Of a stretch of DNA of 64,000 nucleotides, positions 1-15,364 are shown one piece after another. Within the stretch, counting starts at the first letter, position 1. Each line of letters begins with the position of its first letter. Position numbers and translations under genes: made by a program. The stretch is from assembly GCA_009914755.4 (NCBI GenBank), contig CP068257.2, positions 14,720,001 through 14,784,000 of the forward strand. Direction: 5' to 3'. This stretch comes from the human T2T-CHM13v2.0 reference genome, Homo sapiens. The notes below the pieces were generated by a model that saw only the letters and a program-made list of their open reading frames with translations, was not told the origin of the DNA and ran no database searches.

Positions 1-668
1 TATATACACACACATATATATACACTAAAATTTCATATATATTAAATATAAATTATATTAAATATACAACATATATATTAATCTTTACAATCTGTTACAC
101 TCTTCCTTTGAGTGCCCAGATTAACTGGCTACTAACATTTACTTTAATATATTGCTTTTTATTGAGACAAAAACAGTGGAAAAAAAGTAATTAATCACAA
201 ACTACTTATAAAGTTAATATTTTCCCATGCTGAAGATAAATGAGAACATGTGCAAGCAACTTAATAGCAATACAAATCTATGTGAGTATTCACAAGGAAG
301 AATTTCTCTCTCAGATATTTTGTCTGGATTTCAACTTGCTAAGTAGACTATATACCTAAAAAAATTTTTTTAAGGCACGACATTTCTTTTTCTGCTATTT
401 AATATGTAAATAATTGCATATTAAGAAATAATTTTTTGCTTTTGCAGATAAAAGGATGAAAACACAGACTCTTAGCTATCCAAAGCAATCTTATCATATT
501 CATATATTTATTTGCTATATCTAAACATACATACATATTTACCTATTAACTTTATCTTACTTCCAATTTACTTTTGTTTTTCTCCTGATATCTTAGCCCC
601 TTTATCTTTAAAATCTTAATATTGTTTTCTTCTAAATCAGTCTGGTGTTTTTTTCCCCTTTCCTCAAG

Positions 669-948
<280 letters not shown>

Positions 949-3784
949 ACATAGCTCCTCAAATGTTTTTAATACTTGTTAACCTGTCACCAAACCAAAA
1001 ACTGTCTTTCATTTCATATGTGACGTACCATCATTTTAAATCTTTTATATGTATTACTTTGCTTTCCATAACAAATTGGTGTTTATATGGTAGATAGAAG
1101 TCATTGTTCATGACATTCGTCATTTAGTATTAAGAGCATCTTTATGCGTGCTGTGTATAATTCATAATAGTTAAAAACAATTCATAATAGTAAAAAACTG
1201 GAACATTTCTCAGAAAAAGTAATATCACCCTCCTTTTTAAAACAAAGCTAAATCCTGTTAATTTTCCCTTGGTGAGAAATAGCACCACACATTACAGCCT
1301 TTAATGGCTTAAATAAACATGTATAATGCACAGTATAAATTTGAAAAGTAGTCAAAATCCTCTCTATCCTCCATCTTTGAACAAACTGTGCTGCCTCATT
1401 TGCAGAGATTTGCAGTAAAAATCAAAGATGGCTTACATTTTTACACTATGTCAATATTTCTTTCTCTGTTTCCTGTTACTTACATCAGAATGATGGGCTC
1501 TTTTCGTAAAGCAGTGACTGAAGGCCAAAAGGGAACTTACAAAAGGGCATTATACAAATTCTAAATATAAAACTCCCCAAAAAGGGAAAATGATGTTCAG
1601 ATACAATAAAAATAAATTATAGAATAAAAATGAGAAAAGTTATAGTCGTTTTTTGTACAATAATACAGTGTATAAAGGCTAACGTCAGTAATGTCAACTT
1701 TGTTGAATGGAAAATCCTGAACTGGCAGTTGACTCTATTTCTGTCAAATCCTGCTTTTATGTTATGTCACTCTCTGATTACTCAGACCTTTCTCTATCCT
1801 ACTATGAAACTGAGTGATTCTCAGAAAGGAACCAGGACATTCTATCACTTAATGCCAAACACGTTAAAACGAAAGCTATGAACAGGCTTCCCAACATTTT
1901 GTAGGGTTAAAAAAGAAAAAAGAAAAAAAAACTTCAATTAACTCAAATTGAATATGTTCACAAATCTCAAATGCACAAATGAACATTTTTTATAACAGGT
2001 TTATTCTAATAAGTCAAATCCATCCCTCATACAGATATCTCCATGCTTTATGAATAATAGAATGATGTGAAAATATAAAGTAGGGTTCATGAAGGTGAAG
2101 CTGAATGCAACTAGAAAAGCAACTACCAAAATAAAAATACGGAACACAGTGGTAGATAGACATTACTATGGCAACCTCCGATCCTTACTAAGAAGTTAGT
2201 GATCATTGAGATCTTTCTGATAACCTGATTGCTTTTGTTTTCTCATTCACCTGGACAATAAATACTTACTGAGTAGATATCTCTCTCGATTATAGCGACT
2301 GACTACCTAGTCATGGTTCCATGCTCTCAGGGAGATTACAGTCTTGTAATGGTAAACGCATTTTCAAAATAACAAGAAATTCACCTCCGGGCTAAAATTA
2401 TTTTTTAGCTATTAATTATTGTTTTTATAGTTCATTCTAAGTAGAGGGGACAAGGTTATTATCATATAATGTGACTTGTATTAAGATTGCTAAAAGCAGG
2501 GGGGCTGATTTCATTCAAAGAACTGTGGGAGAGAATGCCTCACTCTCAACTTAGTGACATGACTTTTGTTTTCATTACATTTAAATACAGCTTTGTTTTC
2601 CTATGGCGGTAACCCATAACAGTATGAAGCACAGACAGTGCATTATTCAGGTTTAATTTGGGCATGGTTGAACTGCTGGGAGTGACTATCAATTACACTG
2701 GTATTTTAACATTTGTATGAAGAATTATGTGCCAAAATATTCTAAAATTTAAAATTTCATAGAGAAACTGCTTGAATAAGTGTTCCATATACTCACTCAC
2801 TCTGAATTTTTTGGCATCTGAATGTGTAGAAAGTTTGCAGGTGAACATGTGCTTGTCAATACATTGTCACTGACCTCCTCCCATTCATGTTGCTGGTCAT
2901 TGGCAATTTCTTCTTCTGGATGCTGGAATTTTTTCACTGAGTCCTATGAGAAGCTATTAAGGGGCCAGAGACCCAATGTATTCGGTCTACTACCCACTGT
3001 CCCATGTTTTTCATCCCTATCAGTGTAAGTGATCTGTCCTGAGAGCACCGTCATCTATTAAGCGAAATGCAGATCCCCGGGACTCCAAGTAAAGGACATT
3101 CAGGCATAATTGAGGTGAAATATATGGTTATGGACAGAGACTCTTTGAAATTTTACTGAATATTTTGGATTCCTAAATGGTTACCTTCAAGACACTGTGA
3201 GTAGCATATACATGTGTGTGCTTGTACATTTGTACAAGCACATGAACACGGAGGTAACATAAATGCATTTCATCCCAGAAAAACAAGGATAATAATAATG
3301 ATAAGTCAGAAAACTAAAAGCTAAGTAAATACTTTCAGTAATGAACTTCTAATATTTCAAGCACTGTTTATTAATTAACTTTATCTTCAACAGCAACCTT
3401 GTGTTAGGTAATAGCATTACCATTCTGTAGAGGAGTAAACTGAGACGCAGCAAGATTAAGTTATATGTGCAAGGATAAATAGGGAGTAATGGAAGAGCCG
3501 GAGTTTGAATCTGAATAATCCAACTTCAAAGTGTTAATCACCACTCCAGGCTGCCTCTCAGCCAGTTGAACCTCATAAAATTCAAGACTATAATAAGTGG
3601 TCAAAAACCTAAGACGAAACTCTGCTTACATGGTTATTTAATATTTGATTGACAATGAAAAATAATTTTAATGCATAAAGTCATGTTGAATGTAACTACA
3701 ATATTAAAGATCATAAAGAGTAAAGTAAGTAAAATAGAAAAATCAAAATAAAATAAAAATAATTATGTTTAAGAAAGAGGATTA

Positions 3785-4091
3785 TGCTGGGTGCAGTGAC
3801 TCACGCCTCTAATCCCAGCACTTTGGGAGGCTGAGGTGGGTGGATCACTTGAGGTCAGGAGTTCAAGACCAGCCTGGCCAACATGGTGAAACCTTATCTC
3901 TAGTAAAAATACAAAATTAGCTGGGCATGGTGGCATGTGCCTGTAATCCCAGCTACTAGGGAGGCTGAGGCAGGAGAATCACTTGAACCCAGGAGGTGGA
4001 AAGCGGAGGTTGCGGTGAGCCGAGATTGCGCCACTGTACTCCAACCTGGGCAATAGAGTGAGATTCCATCTTTAAAAAAAAAAAAAAAAAA
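3785..4091 (+). mobile_element. Alu SINE, full length, with poly-A tail
   Basis: Canonical Alu sequence (gctgggtgcagtgactcacgcc ... ccactgtactccaacctgggcaatagagtgagattccatc) followed by an A-run. The TSD AGGATTAT lies immediately before the element and after the tail. Confidence 0.92.
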
Positions 4092-4572
4092 GGATTATAA
4101 TAAATTCAGCTACAAAAGAAGGAACTAACTGGGTAAAGTTTAACAGAGGAAGGAAATTTCAAGATACTAAAAGCTCATCAGGTAAACAATTTTCTATCTC
4201 AAGAACAAATGATACCAGTGCACAGGAATGACAGAAAGAATAACAAGATACTAAATTGGCTATAATCAGAGACCTGAAAGTCAAATGCCAAAGCCACAAA
4301 GAGTGGAATTCAAGCCAGAGCCCTAAAGAAAAAATAGCGTAACGAGAGAGAGCCAGCAAAAAGCAAAATGAAAAAGACGCAACTCTTGTCATAGCACACA
4401 CATGCACCGAAACAAAACAAAACAAAATGCAGGAAAAACAGTAAAAAATTATCTAGCTGTAAAAATTACTTGGCTGTACAGCCTCAATTGTTTGCTCCCT
4501 GATTTAGAAATTATCATATTTGCCAAAAGTTTGAATGGAAATATACTTTTACTTAGCAAAACTTCCATTATT

Positions 4573-4597
4573 AAAAAAAAAAAAAAAAAAAAAAAAG
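4573..4597. repeat. poly(A) mononucleotide run
   Basis: About 25 consecutive A residues immediately upstream of the next Alu. It is probably the target A-tract for that insertion. Confidence 0.8.
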
Positions 4598-4599
4598 CT

Positions 4600-4905
4600 G
4601 GCCGGGTGCGGTGGCTCACGCCTATAATCCCAACACTTTGGGAGGCCAAGGCAGGTGGATCACCTGAGGTCAGGAGTTTGAGACCAGCCTGGCCAACGTG
4701 GCGAAACCCCATCTCTACTAAAAATACAAAAATTAGCCGGGGGTGGTGGTGGGCACCTGTAATCCCAGCTACTCTGGAGGCTGAGGCTGGAGAATCACTT
4801 GAACCTGGGGGGCGGAGGTTGCAGTGAGCCGAGGTCACGCCACTTCACTCCAGCCTGGGTGCAAGAGTGAAACTCTGTCCCCTGCCACCCCCTGGCCAAA
4901 AAAAA
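4600..4905 (+). mobile_element. Alu SINE, full length
   Basis: ggccgggtgcggtggctcacgcctataatcccaacactttgggaggcc ... cactccagcctgggtgcaagagtgaaactctgtc followed by a poly-A tail. The flanks share AAAAAAGC, consistent with insertion into an A-tract. Confidence 0.92.
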
Positions 4906-6954
4906 GCCAAGGTAAAGAGTACAACATTTAAGAAGAAACTTTCTGTAAACATTGTAAGAAATCTATTTAAGAACTAACAGTTGATATGCAAATTGCAATT
5001 TAGAGATCCTGAATGAACTAATTAATTAACAAACTCTCATTTGTTAAGCTGAAGTTAAGTGATATGCTTAATGAAAACCACAGTTATACTGAAGAGGGGA
5101 ACTCTGTGTTTAAGTCTTTTCATTAAACCAGACAGAGCCTAATCAATGAATATGTGTAACATTGCTGTATAGGTCTGATTACATGTTTCCTTGTTTTTCT
5201 AAAATGCTTAACATTTTATTCTGATCTTATACTTTAACAATTGAACAGCAAGATGGGCTGTCTATAATTCAAATTTAATTGTCTTTAAATCCTAATCTCT
5301 AAACAGTCTGTTAAATAGAATGCCATTGATTAAGTGATCTACAATTAAATCAGTGACATAAAATCCATATCAGAATTTAAGGATTTAACCAGGAGTTCTC
5401 TAATAAGTTTATGTCAAATATAATTCTTAACAAATGCTTTCTGTATACTTTTAAGTTATCTCAAAATCTTGAATTTGAAATCTTTAAACATTTACAGGTT
5501 CCAGGCATGAGAATTTTCCTGGGGGATGGGGGAGGGAGAACAGGAACCTGGGTGAGTAAATAATATGATGCTCCAGGTTTGTTTCTCCTCAGCTGACATT
5601 TATCTCTTTGGCATGATGAAGGGTAGATCAACGTTGACTGTAAAAACAAACACGATTAGCACTAACGCAGCATATGTTAACACTGCTGCAGCCTAATGAT
5701 GAATGAGCTGTAAGCGATCCCAACACCTGTTCTTGATGATGATGCGTGATACCCAACCCCAGTGGAGTAATGAGAGCGAAGACACAGCGGTGCACATCTC
5801 ACCGATTACAGTGGTTTATGGAGGCGTTCTGGTAGCATTCTCACTTTCTGTCTCTCCATCTCTTCTCTGATTATTCTATATTCGTTCATTCATTCATAAC
5901 TTCAGAATTGGCTTTAAGCTATAGAAATCCACATGTGAGGTCTTACATGTATTAGCCACATGAGACGTATTAGGTTACCCAAGTCCTAAGCAACTGGAGA
6001 ATATGTTTTTATACCAGAATAATTCTTTCTAAAACACCATTGTTAAGTTAGCCTACTTGGTTCTAATGTTGATTGACATTATCAAGCATCTCAACTCGAT
6101 TGGCTCTAAATTTGGCAATGCCTGAAGAGAGTTTGATAATCTCAAAACAGAATACCTGAACTTGTGTGATGGTGTCTTTTATATTTAATACACAAAATAC
6201 TGAACATAAGTATGAATATTATGTAAAGTGACAAATTACGAACAATAGGGTTCTGATATTATCCTTCGGTCTTGTTTCAGCAAGGAATAAATGATATTCC
6301 TATCTGCCGCTTCTACGTCATTTAATGTTCTCTGTTATTTTATATATGGTGCCAATGTCCCATATGATGTTTCTATTAATATGACTATATAATGTGAATT
6401 ACTTCTTCTATTCTTAATTTTATTTCTGGTTATCCTCTTCCTTATTGCTTCAAAACTTTGTTGATAAAATTTTCTTTCCTGTTCTGAATATAATTCCTTT
6501 AGCTGTGTTTAGATCATCCTTACCTGGAAGGACTTGTGTATGCATTATTTCTTCCCATTTTGAAGCTTTTACTCTTACTTTCCAGCTGACACTTTTGCTC
6601 TATTTCCAAATTTGTCAGAGCCTTCCATTCTTAAAGAACATTGTGTTTCTAATTCTTGTCTTATTTTTTGATGTTCTTCTTCTTATTAGCAATTTCTCAA
6701 ACAAATGGCCAAATTCATTGCTCTTATGTCCTCATATTTTTTCTTTTTAACTCATTGAAATTATTAAAGAAATGTCAGTATTTCAGATTATTAAACATTT
6801 ACTCTTGCAAAATTTGTGACCATTGGCTTTTATTATATTTTCTTATAGTTTTGCTTAATATTTATCTTAATGATCAAATAATAAGTTCTAAAAATAAGGA
6901 CAATATTTGTTTTATTTTTCAATATTTGTTTTATTTTTATTTTTTAAAGACCTA

Positions 6955-7435
<481 letters not shown>

Positions 7436-8617
7436 TCATAGAGATATTATGAGGAAAAATAAGTTAATATATGTAAAGAGCGTTGTGTAGAGAGTAACAC
7501 ATAGTAGGTGTCCTATATATTTTAGCTAATGTTGTTATTTAGCTCTTGTTATTGGTACCACCTCTGTAATCCTTGAAACTAGCACTGTGCCCGATATATA
7601 TTAATTTTTGACCAATATTTTGTGGAGGAGTGAGTGAAATGAATTAATGAATCCTGCATTTAACACAACTGATCATTATACATTTTTAGAACAATTGTGT
7701 CTTTTGACTTCCACACTAATAATAGATATTACTGGTTAAAACATAACCTTTGCAAAACAAAATTTCATTTCTAACTCTTCTATGTTAGTCAGTAGAAAAA
7801 CTACTCTGCAAGTCACATCCAGGGAAAAAGGAAGATATTTAAGAATGGCTGAAGATAAAGTTACTGTGACAATTGCCTCCTCTTCCATTCTTATAACAGT
7901 TGTTGAAAAGCATTCTCCCAATGGCAGCCAAAATAATCATTTAAAAATATAAGTCAAACAGACTTCTAACTTTGCTTAAGCCCTCTTGTAGCTTCCTATT
8001 GTAATAAGAGAACCCAAATTCCATCCATCCTGTCCAGTCAGGCCCTGCTTATCCTGGCCCTGCCTATTACTCTGGATCTATTTGAAACCATATGTTTCAG
8101 CTGGCATGCAGCAGAAAATCACAGTGGCCTCTGTGATTTGAAGAGGCCAAACTTCATTTCTGCCCTGGACACTTGCTATTCTTGCCTATAATGCTTTTTT
8201 TTTCCCCTTGGATTTGGATTTGGCTGACATCTTCTTGTCATTCAGTTTCTGTTGAAATGTGCTTTCCTCAAAGTCCTCCTTGATCCACCACCTCCCCCAT
8301 TCTATTATGCATTGTTCCTGCTTGATTTTCTTCGTATCACTGTCTGACATTATCATTTCAATGTGTTTGTTTATTTGCTTCTTATTATCTGTCTTTTTCA
8401 CTAGAATGCAAGTTCCATGATGAAAGGAGCCTTCAGTGTCTGATTCATTATTTTGGCCCACTGCTTAGTACATTATATGTTATTATTAATTATCTGTTAA
8501 TAAATTAATAAATTAGGCTAGAGGCAATGCCCTTATTACAAAGAGCCTTCTTTGTCATGTTGTAGAAGTGGAATTGTATTGCAAAAGTAACAGAAGCCAT
8601 CATAGATGGAAAGTTGA

Positions 8618-8924
<307 letters not shown>

Positions 8925-11900
8925 TTATGCATGTATGAAAACTTTACACCAGACAAAGGGTTTGAGTTGAAGAACAGGTCAATTTATGGAGAAGGGAGAG
9001 GTACATTCTAGCGGGGGGGGTCTTAGAGTGACAGGATGCTCAAAGATGCCATAAGGGGTGATGTGTGTTCTGGACATGGTGAATGAGTAGCTGAATCTGC
9101 CTATTGCATAAGATTCTTTTAAGCTAGTAGTGGTAGAAAGATTGAAATGGCGGAAAGGAGTTACAATATCGGCTATTCTTTCTGGGCAAAGTGATTTGGA
9201 ATTGTCCTCCAACAAGCACTTGTTTTTTGAAAAGTTCTTCCACTGAAGGTTGACATAATGAAAATCATAAGAAAAATCATCTATGGGTGTACCAAAGTCC
9301 TAGCGGTTCTTTAGAGCCTAGCTTAAGAACTCCATCCTTCATATAACCCTCCCCAATAAGAATGCTGCAAGAATGTCCAACTCTTTCATTTTATATGAAT
9401 CCAGATTCGAGAACGTACTGATATCCCCAAGATCACAGATGATTAATCTAGGGTTAACAGCTGTAACATATATGTTCAGAGTATAATATTCTTAAACAGA
9501 ATCCCCCAAAACTTGTCAGCATTCAAATTAAAACACACATACCACACACATACACACAAACTCTCATGTCCCATTGAAAACTTCTCACTAAAACATACAT
9601 CAAGTTTCCAAACCACTTCACTGGTGATTTTGAGTCATATCAAGAACCAGATGCCCTCTCAGTAAAAAAACCCAATGAACATCTTATTCATAATGGAGAT
9701 ATAGGGGTACTAGCAATGATCCAGGCATGTCTGTCAAAATAAAGTGTCTTTCCCCTTTAAATATCTTTGTAAGGAATAATAAATAGTTCTCCTAATAACA
9801 AATATTGGCCATGGAAAGTTGTTAGGGACCACCCACACTATGTAAATAAATATTGTAAAACTAACATCAATGTTTGTTTTTGTAATTTTAAAAATTTTAT
9901 TGGAACATCTGTGGAATATAAAGTAACAAAAGGCTCAAAAGATTTTCCATTTTAATTAAGGGAGAAAAGATGCACAAAAACTTCATTCACAAGCAAAGGG
10001 ATGTGTATATATTTATGATGTGTAAAGGAATTTCTTGACAATGAATATCTACTTGTCCTTGCACAAAAATGATTGTGCAAGCTTTAATAGCATGAAGATA
10101 ATATCTTTTCTTTCTAGTGTTTAGTGCAGTTCTTCCTTTCTTCAATTCCCATATGTAGGTAAGTACAAAAACAAACAATAGAACCAAGCACATGTTTTAA
10201 ATTTTCTAAGTGTATTAGATCTTTCATCTTATTTGGTCTTTACACAAGGAATACTGTAGAACCCTGTCTGCAAGAACCTGAAAATTCCTCCATGTGACAT
10301 GGTGACCTCCCAGGAAAAGCACACCTAGCCGACCCTGGATAACTTTTGCTTTTGTCTATTTTTATTTGTGATTTCTAAGTAACATGTAATTTAAGCAAAG
10401 GGACTATTCACGTTAAATGGAAAAAAAAAAAACCCCACTTGAAAAGCCCTAGTGTAGAAGGAGAAGAACTAGAGCAGTTTCTTGTTGCATTTGGGATCTG
10501 GTCTGGCCAGCCTTTCCACTGAAGGTTGCGTGATCTTGGGCACGTCTTGGAACCTGTCTTTCCCTCTGACGGTGCTCTCTCAGAGAGCTGCTAGGGGCGG
10601 TAAATGGCTACGATATCAAATTGAGCTAAGGCAGTCTACCAGGTGGGTCTTTATAAATCTTGACACTTTTAACCATTTCATCAGACTTTTATTTTTGTAA
10701 GGCAGATGACTGTAAAGAAAATGAAGGTAGGGATTGTATCTGCCTTTTTCTAGTATGTGTCTAACAGAGTAGATACTTAGACATTTCCTAAGTGAACTCA
10801 TGAATGAACAAAGGCAATAGCATTTGACATGGAAAGTTGGGAACAGATATAAAATCCTGGATTTAAAATGTCAGTGAGGGTTGAATATCCTACTGTGGCT
10901 TGAAGACGCCTTACTGCTATGTCACATGCCCATATTCCAGTGCCAAGAGGCTAAGAGACTTCCACCTTTTGAGTTTTGGCAGTGGCAAGAAGGATCCGCT
11001 GGGGAAAATGAGTCGAGAAGAACTTCCTTCAGGAGCTATTGTGGTAGGGCTCTTCATCTGCCTATTACATATCTATAGGGAAAGAGCAACTATTTTGATC
11101 AATCAGGACAATGGTATAAAGTTTTCCTCTGTCTGAAAAAATATGTTAGGCCTTTCTGTGTTCATGAAGAGAGCTTTCCATCTAGCAGATAATATTCACA
11201 GTCAAATATAGTTTAAAATATACCAATTCACAGAGGAGATTCATCTGTCTTTTGTGGCCCTGGTGAGTGCGTCATAATTATATAAGCACACAAAACTTCT
11301 TCTTTGATAATGATTTGCTTCCTGGCCTTTCCCTGGAAGTAGAATTTCATGCAGCCTCTTGGAATTTGTTCTCCTGTTCTCCATTTGTTCAGCCTCACTT
11401 GTAACTGAGAGAGTAAACATCTTCCATAAACCCCAATGTTTATGACTGACTAGTCCTCCCAACTTGCTTGTCAGTTGTATTGATTTTATACTCCAGGCAA
11501 CCAAACCAATCATATCTTAAGGCCTTGCTTTAACAATATAACACCAGATAAAACTGCTTCTGAGGACTTGTGGTTTTTAATCTCTAAGATAGGCATAAGG
11601 CTTGAACGTATAGAATATGTTACTTTCACCTTCTTGCAAGTTTCATCAGCAATGGTACACAGTACACTAGATACATCTAAATTATACCCGTCTTAGGTTG
11701 TATGTTGCTGCTGCTCAATGTTACAATATAATTACATTTCTGTTTTCTTCTTTTTCCAACCACATTTAACTGTTTGGGAGTTAAACTCATTATTCACAGG
11801 CCATTCCAAATGCTTTTGGAAAAACAAAATTCTTCTCCCTAATAACAGTATATATTCATAGTACCAGATTTAACAACCATTCATGGCTGGCATCATCATT

Positions 11901-13039
11901 ATTCACCTTTTATACATGAGGCAAGGGGGACTCAGGAAGTTTAGAAGTCTGTACTACATTTTTCTGATAATGAATATTTGCTACGGAAAATTATTAGGGG
12001 CCACACACACTGTGTGACCAAATATTACAAAACAAGTAACAAAGTTTATATTCACAATTTATTTTATTTTATTGGAATAACTGTGGAAAACAAAGTAACA
12101 GAAGATTAAAAATAGAACCTAGCAGAGCAAAAACCAGACCCTGTTTCTCGCCTCTAGAGAGCATTCCAGAGTGTCTAAAGAATGTCCCTGTCTTCTCACT
12201 GTCCCTGAACAACCTTTCCCTGATAACTGACCAGCTCGCCCTCATTTTCAAAGAGCTAACTCTGTCAACCAAGGGAAAAAGATCTTTCAGTATAATTTTC
12301 TACACTGACCACCTGTCTCTTTCCATATTTAGACATAATTTGTGCTGCTAAATAAGGTTGCCCCCTAGCCATACAGACTAAACTCTGAATTTCAAGCAGA
12401 TACTTTGTTTATAACTGCCTTAAGTCATTAGTTCTCAGGATGAGAAAACTAGTTATTTTAAGTACCAAAAATTTGGTAGCAGACCAGAGAGAATTTTTCC
12501 TCTTTATTTAACGCCCATGGGCAAAACCTCAGGATGCTGCCATTTGAATGCACTGCCATCGAGTCAGGGCCTTCACCAGAGGCGCTTTTGTGGCTCTCCA
12601 CCAGATGAAGTCAGGCACTCCAACACTCTAACCACGGTCCGCAGATGGTGGCCTGCCACCACCACATCTGAGCTCCCAGGATTTAAAGGACTCAACTATG
12701 TTCCATTCCTGCCCTTTTGTGGGTTTCCTCCTTCACCACCTCTGAGAAAGCCACAGTGTCCAGAAGAAGGAGGCAGTCCAGCATCAACAGTCAGAGCCCT
12801 CTGCAGCCTCTCTCACCATCTCCTCTCCACTCTACCCCTCAGTCTGTAGGTCAAGAATACAGAATGAATGGGAAAAAAAAATCTCCCACTAGACCAAACC
12901 CCGTCTGTGATTTTGGCTTTCTACATGCTGTTAAATTTTTGCAGAAAATGTTCTCTTCTCTTATTCTATTTCCCCTCTTTCTACCCTGTATTAGGACTTG
13001 TTTGAGTGTCTTTCCAAGTGGGGATCCAACATACACACT

Positions 13040-13200
13040 TCTGTATTTGAGTGTATATTGTACATGTGTACACACACTTACAGACACACATATATACAAA
13101 AACATAAATGTGTGTATATATGTATATGTGCACATATACATACAAATATGTATACAAATGCATGTGTGTGTATATACATACACATATATATAATACACAC
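13040..13200. repeat. TG/TA/CA-rich simple repeat (low complexity)
   Basis: Degenerate (TGTATA / CACATA)n composition. It produces spurious overlapping ORFs on both strands (12717-13210). Confidence 0.7.
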
Positions 13201-15242
13201 TCAAATATAAAAGTATACAGTCATTGATTTTGTTAGGATAACAGCTATTTTTAGACTCCTATTCTGAAGGCTAACTTGTGGTTAATGTCATTTTTTGTCC
13301 AATGACAGAATTACAACAGCCTGCCCATTTAGTTTAGTGTCATTCCAGAATGTTTATTTTGGGAATCATATTATCCTGACTTCACTCTGGTAATGTGAAA
13401 GTTTAACAATAACTCTGCTACATTAATTGTGTTATTTATTTTTTTAACACGTCAGAGCTAGAACTGGAAGGTTTAAATGGCTAAGAGACAATAAAGAGAG
13501 GATGTGATAACCATTTCTAGGTGCATCCCTATGTTAATCTCCAATTAGAGAGACTGCGTAACATGAACAGGGACCCAGGACATGTACCTACAAAAAATAA
13601 GGTACATTAGTTAGAGTTAAAGTCTGGGTTTTCTACCTATTAGGAAGAGGTAAGGAAATAAAAGGCCCTTAATATATTTATTCTACATAATTCAGATGTA
13701 GTCTAAAATAGTTGCAATTAGTGTGAGAACAAAGAATATTATCCTTAAAAATTCTGAAGGAGAGACAGAATAAATGCATAGGTCTATTCTAAGCACAAAA
13801 TTGGAAAAATTTGAATACTGTACTGTGATTAGGCTTGATAAATGCTAAGATGATTAAAATACAGTTCTCACCCTGAGAGAGTGCACGTGCTGGTTTGGGG
13901 GAAAAAAGTAATGAGTAAATAATTACAATCCAGCCATATGACCCAAATTCTTGAAAATATTGAACAAGAGCCATTAACTCTCTCGGGAAGGTTATAGGAT
14001 ATTTTCCAGAAAGGAGTTATATTTAACCTTCCTGAAAGTATGTGTGTCAACAGAGGAAGAGCAAGGGCAGCTCCCTGCAGAAGACATTCCTTCCTCTATA
14101 GACTACAGAATTAGAAGTGTCTCCTGAAAAGACACTTTCCTTATGCGTGCCACTCAGAGGAGCCATTTTGCTCCAGCCTTCAACTCCTCATTGCTAGTAA
14201 TTTCAAATACTTTTCCTGGAATTTTGTGGTTCTCTCAGTGATTACTTTCATATTGTTTTCTCTTTTCTGTCCCATTTCTGCTTTGTTTAGCAAGTACCAG
14301 TACCAGTAATAGCTTACTTTATAGCAATTTATTTTCACAAAAACCCGTCAGAGACTTTAATAGCTATGTATATGTCCTCTATCTTTGTATTCATGGCTTC
14401 TAGTCATTTTCAAGATAATTGCATTGATCCAGTTATTGAGCTGTGTGCATTCAGGAGAACATGTACTTTAACCCCAACCTAATTAATAAAAGCTGCTTTT
14501 GGTGATACTGTGTGATGGAGACCATAGAGACATGGTTTTGTTGTAGTATTGTTGAATCAGAAGTTCTCGTGAACATGTATAATACCTCTCCGGGGATAAC
14601 GTTGGTTCCACCAGCATCTGTAAGAGGAATGTTCTACTTTGTCTGAACATTCTGCACCCCAGCACAGAAAGTGTCATGGAGATGAGGTTTTGTACAAATA
14701 ACTGAAAAAAATTAGTTGAGACGAAAACACGATAGACTAAGTTATTTATACTTTTCTAAATACTTAATCTAAGCATACATAAAAAATTTTAACTAAGATT
14801 TATTTAAAGCTATTTAGTCACTTTTTAGTCTTAATGTTTGCTACTAATCCCTTCATTTATGATATTTATAAAACATTTAGCCAGGAGCTACTAGGAGACA
14901 AAGCAAAACAAGCATTATTTCCCTTTTCTATGTTTCAGGTTGGTGCAAAAGTAATTGCGGTTTGTTTCACTGATTTGTTTCTGTGTCCCCAGTGGGTCCT
15001 CTTGCTATGCCCAATGTCCTTGGTGATATCCAGCTCAACAAGGGGCAGGCACATGTACATGTTTTACATGTAAGAAAATAATACAGAACCCAGATGATAC
15101 CTAGTGAATTATACTAAGTGTATTGTACAAAGTAATGAGATGAGAACTTTGATGAATTAAAAATACTGTTTTAAACAAAGATTTCAAGTTAAAACTTATA
15201 TTTTATTCTCTCACTATTAAACAGTCCTGCTTTTGGAGAGGT

Positions 15243-15246
<4 letters not shown>

Positions 15247-15274
<28 letters not shown>

Positions 15275-15364
15275 GAGACGGAGTCTCGCTCTGTCACCCA
15301 GGCTGGAGTGCAGTGGCACGATCTCAGCTCACTGCAAGCTCCACCTCCCGGGTTCACAGCATTC
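15247..15364 (-). mobile_element. Alu 3' fragment (5'-truncated, about 90 bp plus tail), antisense
   Basis: A poly-T run of about 28 nt is followed by the reverse complement of the Alu 3' end (gagacggagtctcgctctgtcacccaggctggagtgcagtggcacgatctcagctcactgcaagctccacctcccgggttcacagcattc). A perfect 14-bp TSD, TTGGAGAGGTGACT, flanks it at 15233-15246 and 15365-15378. Confidence 0.9.

Noticed and set aside
4402-4838. ORFs of 141 aa (plus strand) and 129 aa (minus strand)
   Set aside because: Both span the Alu at 4600-4905 and the poly-A run. Their peptides are the stereotyped Alu translations. The same holds for the ORFs at 849-1097, 7178-7420, 8614-8844, 21420-21629, 35873-36553, 38634-39097 and 48519-48921.
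12517-12849. 110-aa ORF in a somewhat GC-richer segment with proline-rich translation
   Set aside because: It has no recognisable protein similarity. It overlaps a second-frame ORF, and its composition suggests an old degraded repeat or non-coding sequence. Without a search I cannot support a call.
12717-13210. Four overlapping ORFs on both strands (60-158 aa)
   Set aside because: They are driven by the TG/TA/CA simple repeat at 13040-13200. The C/Y/I/H-rich periodic peptides are low-complexity artefacts.
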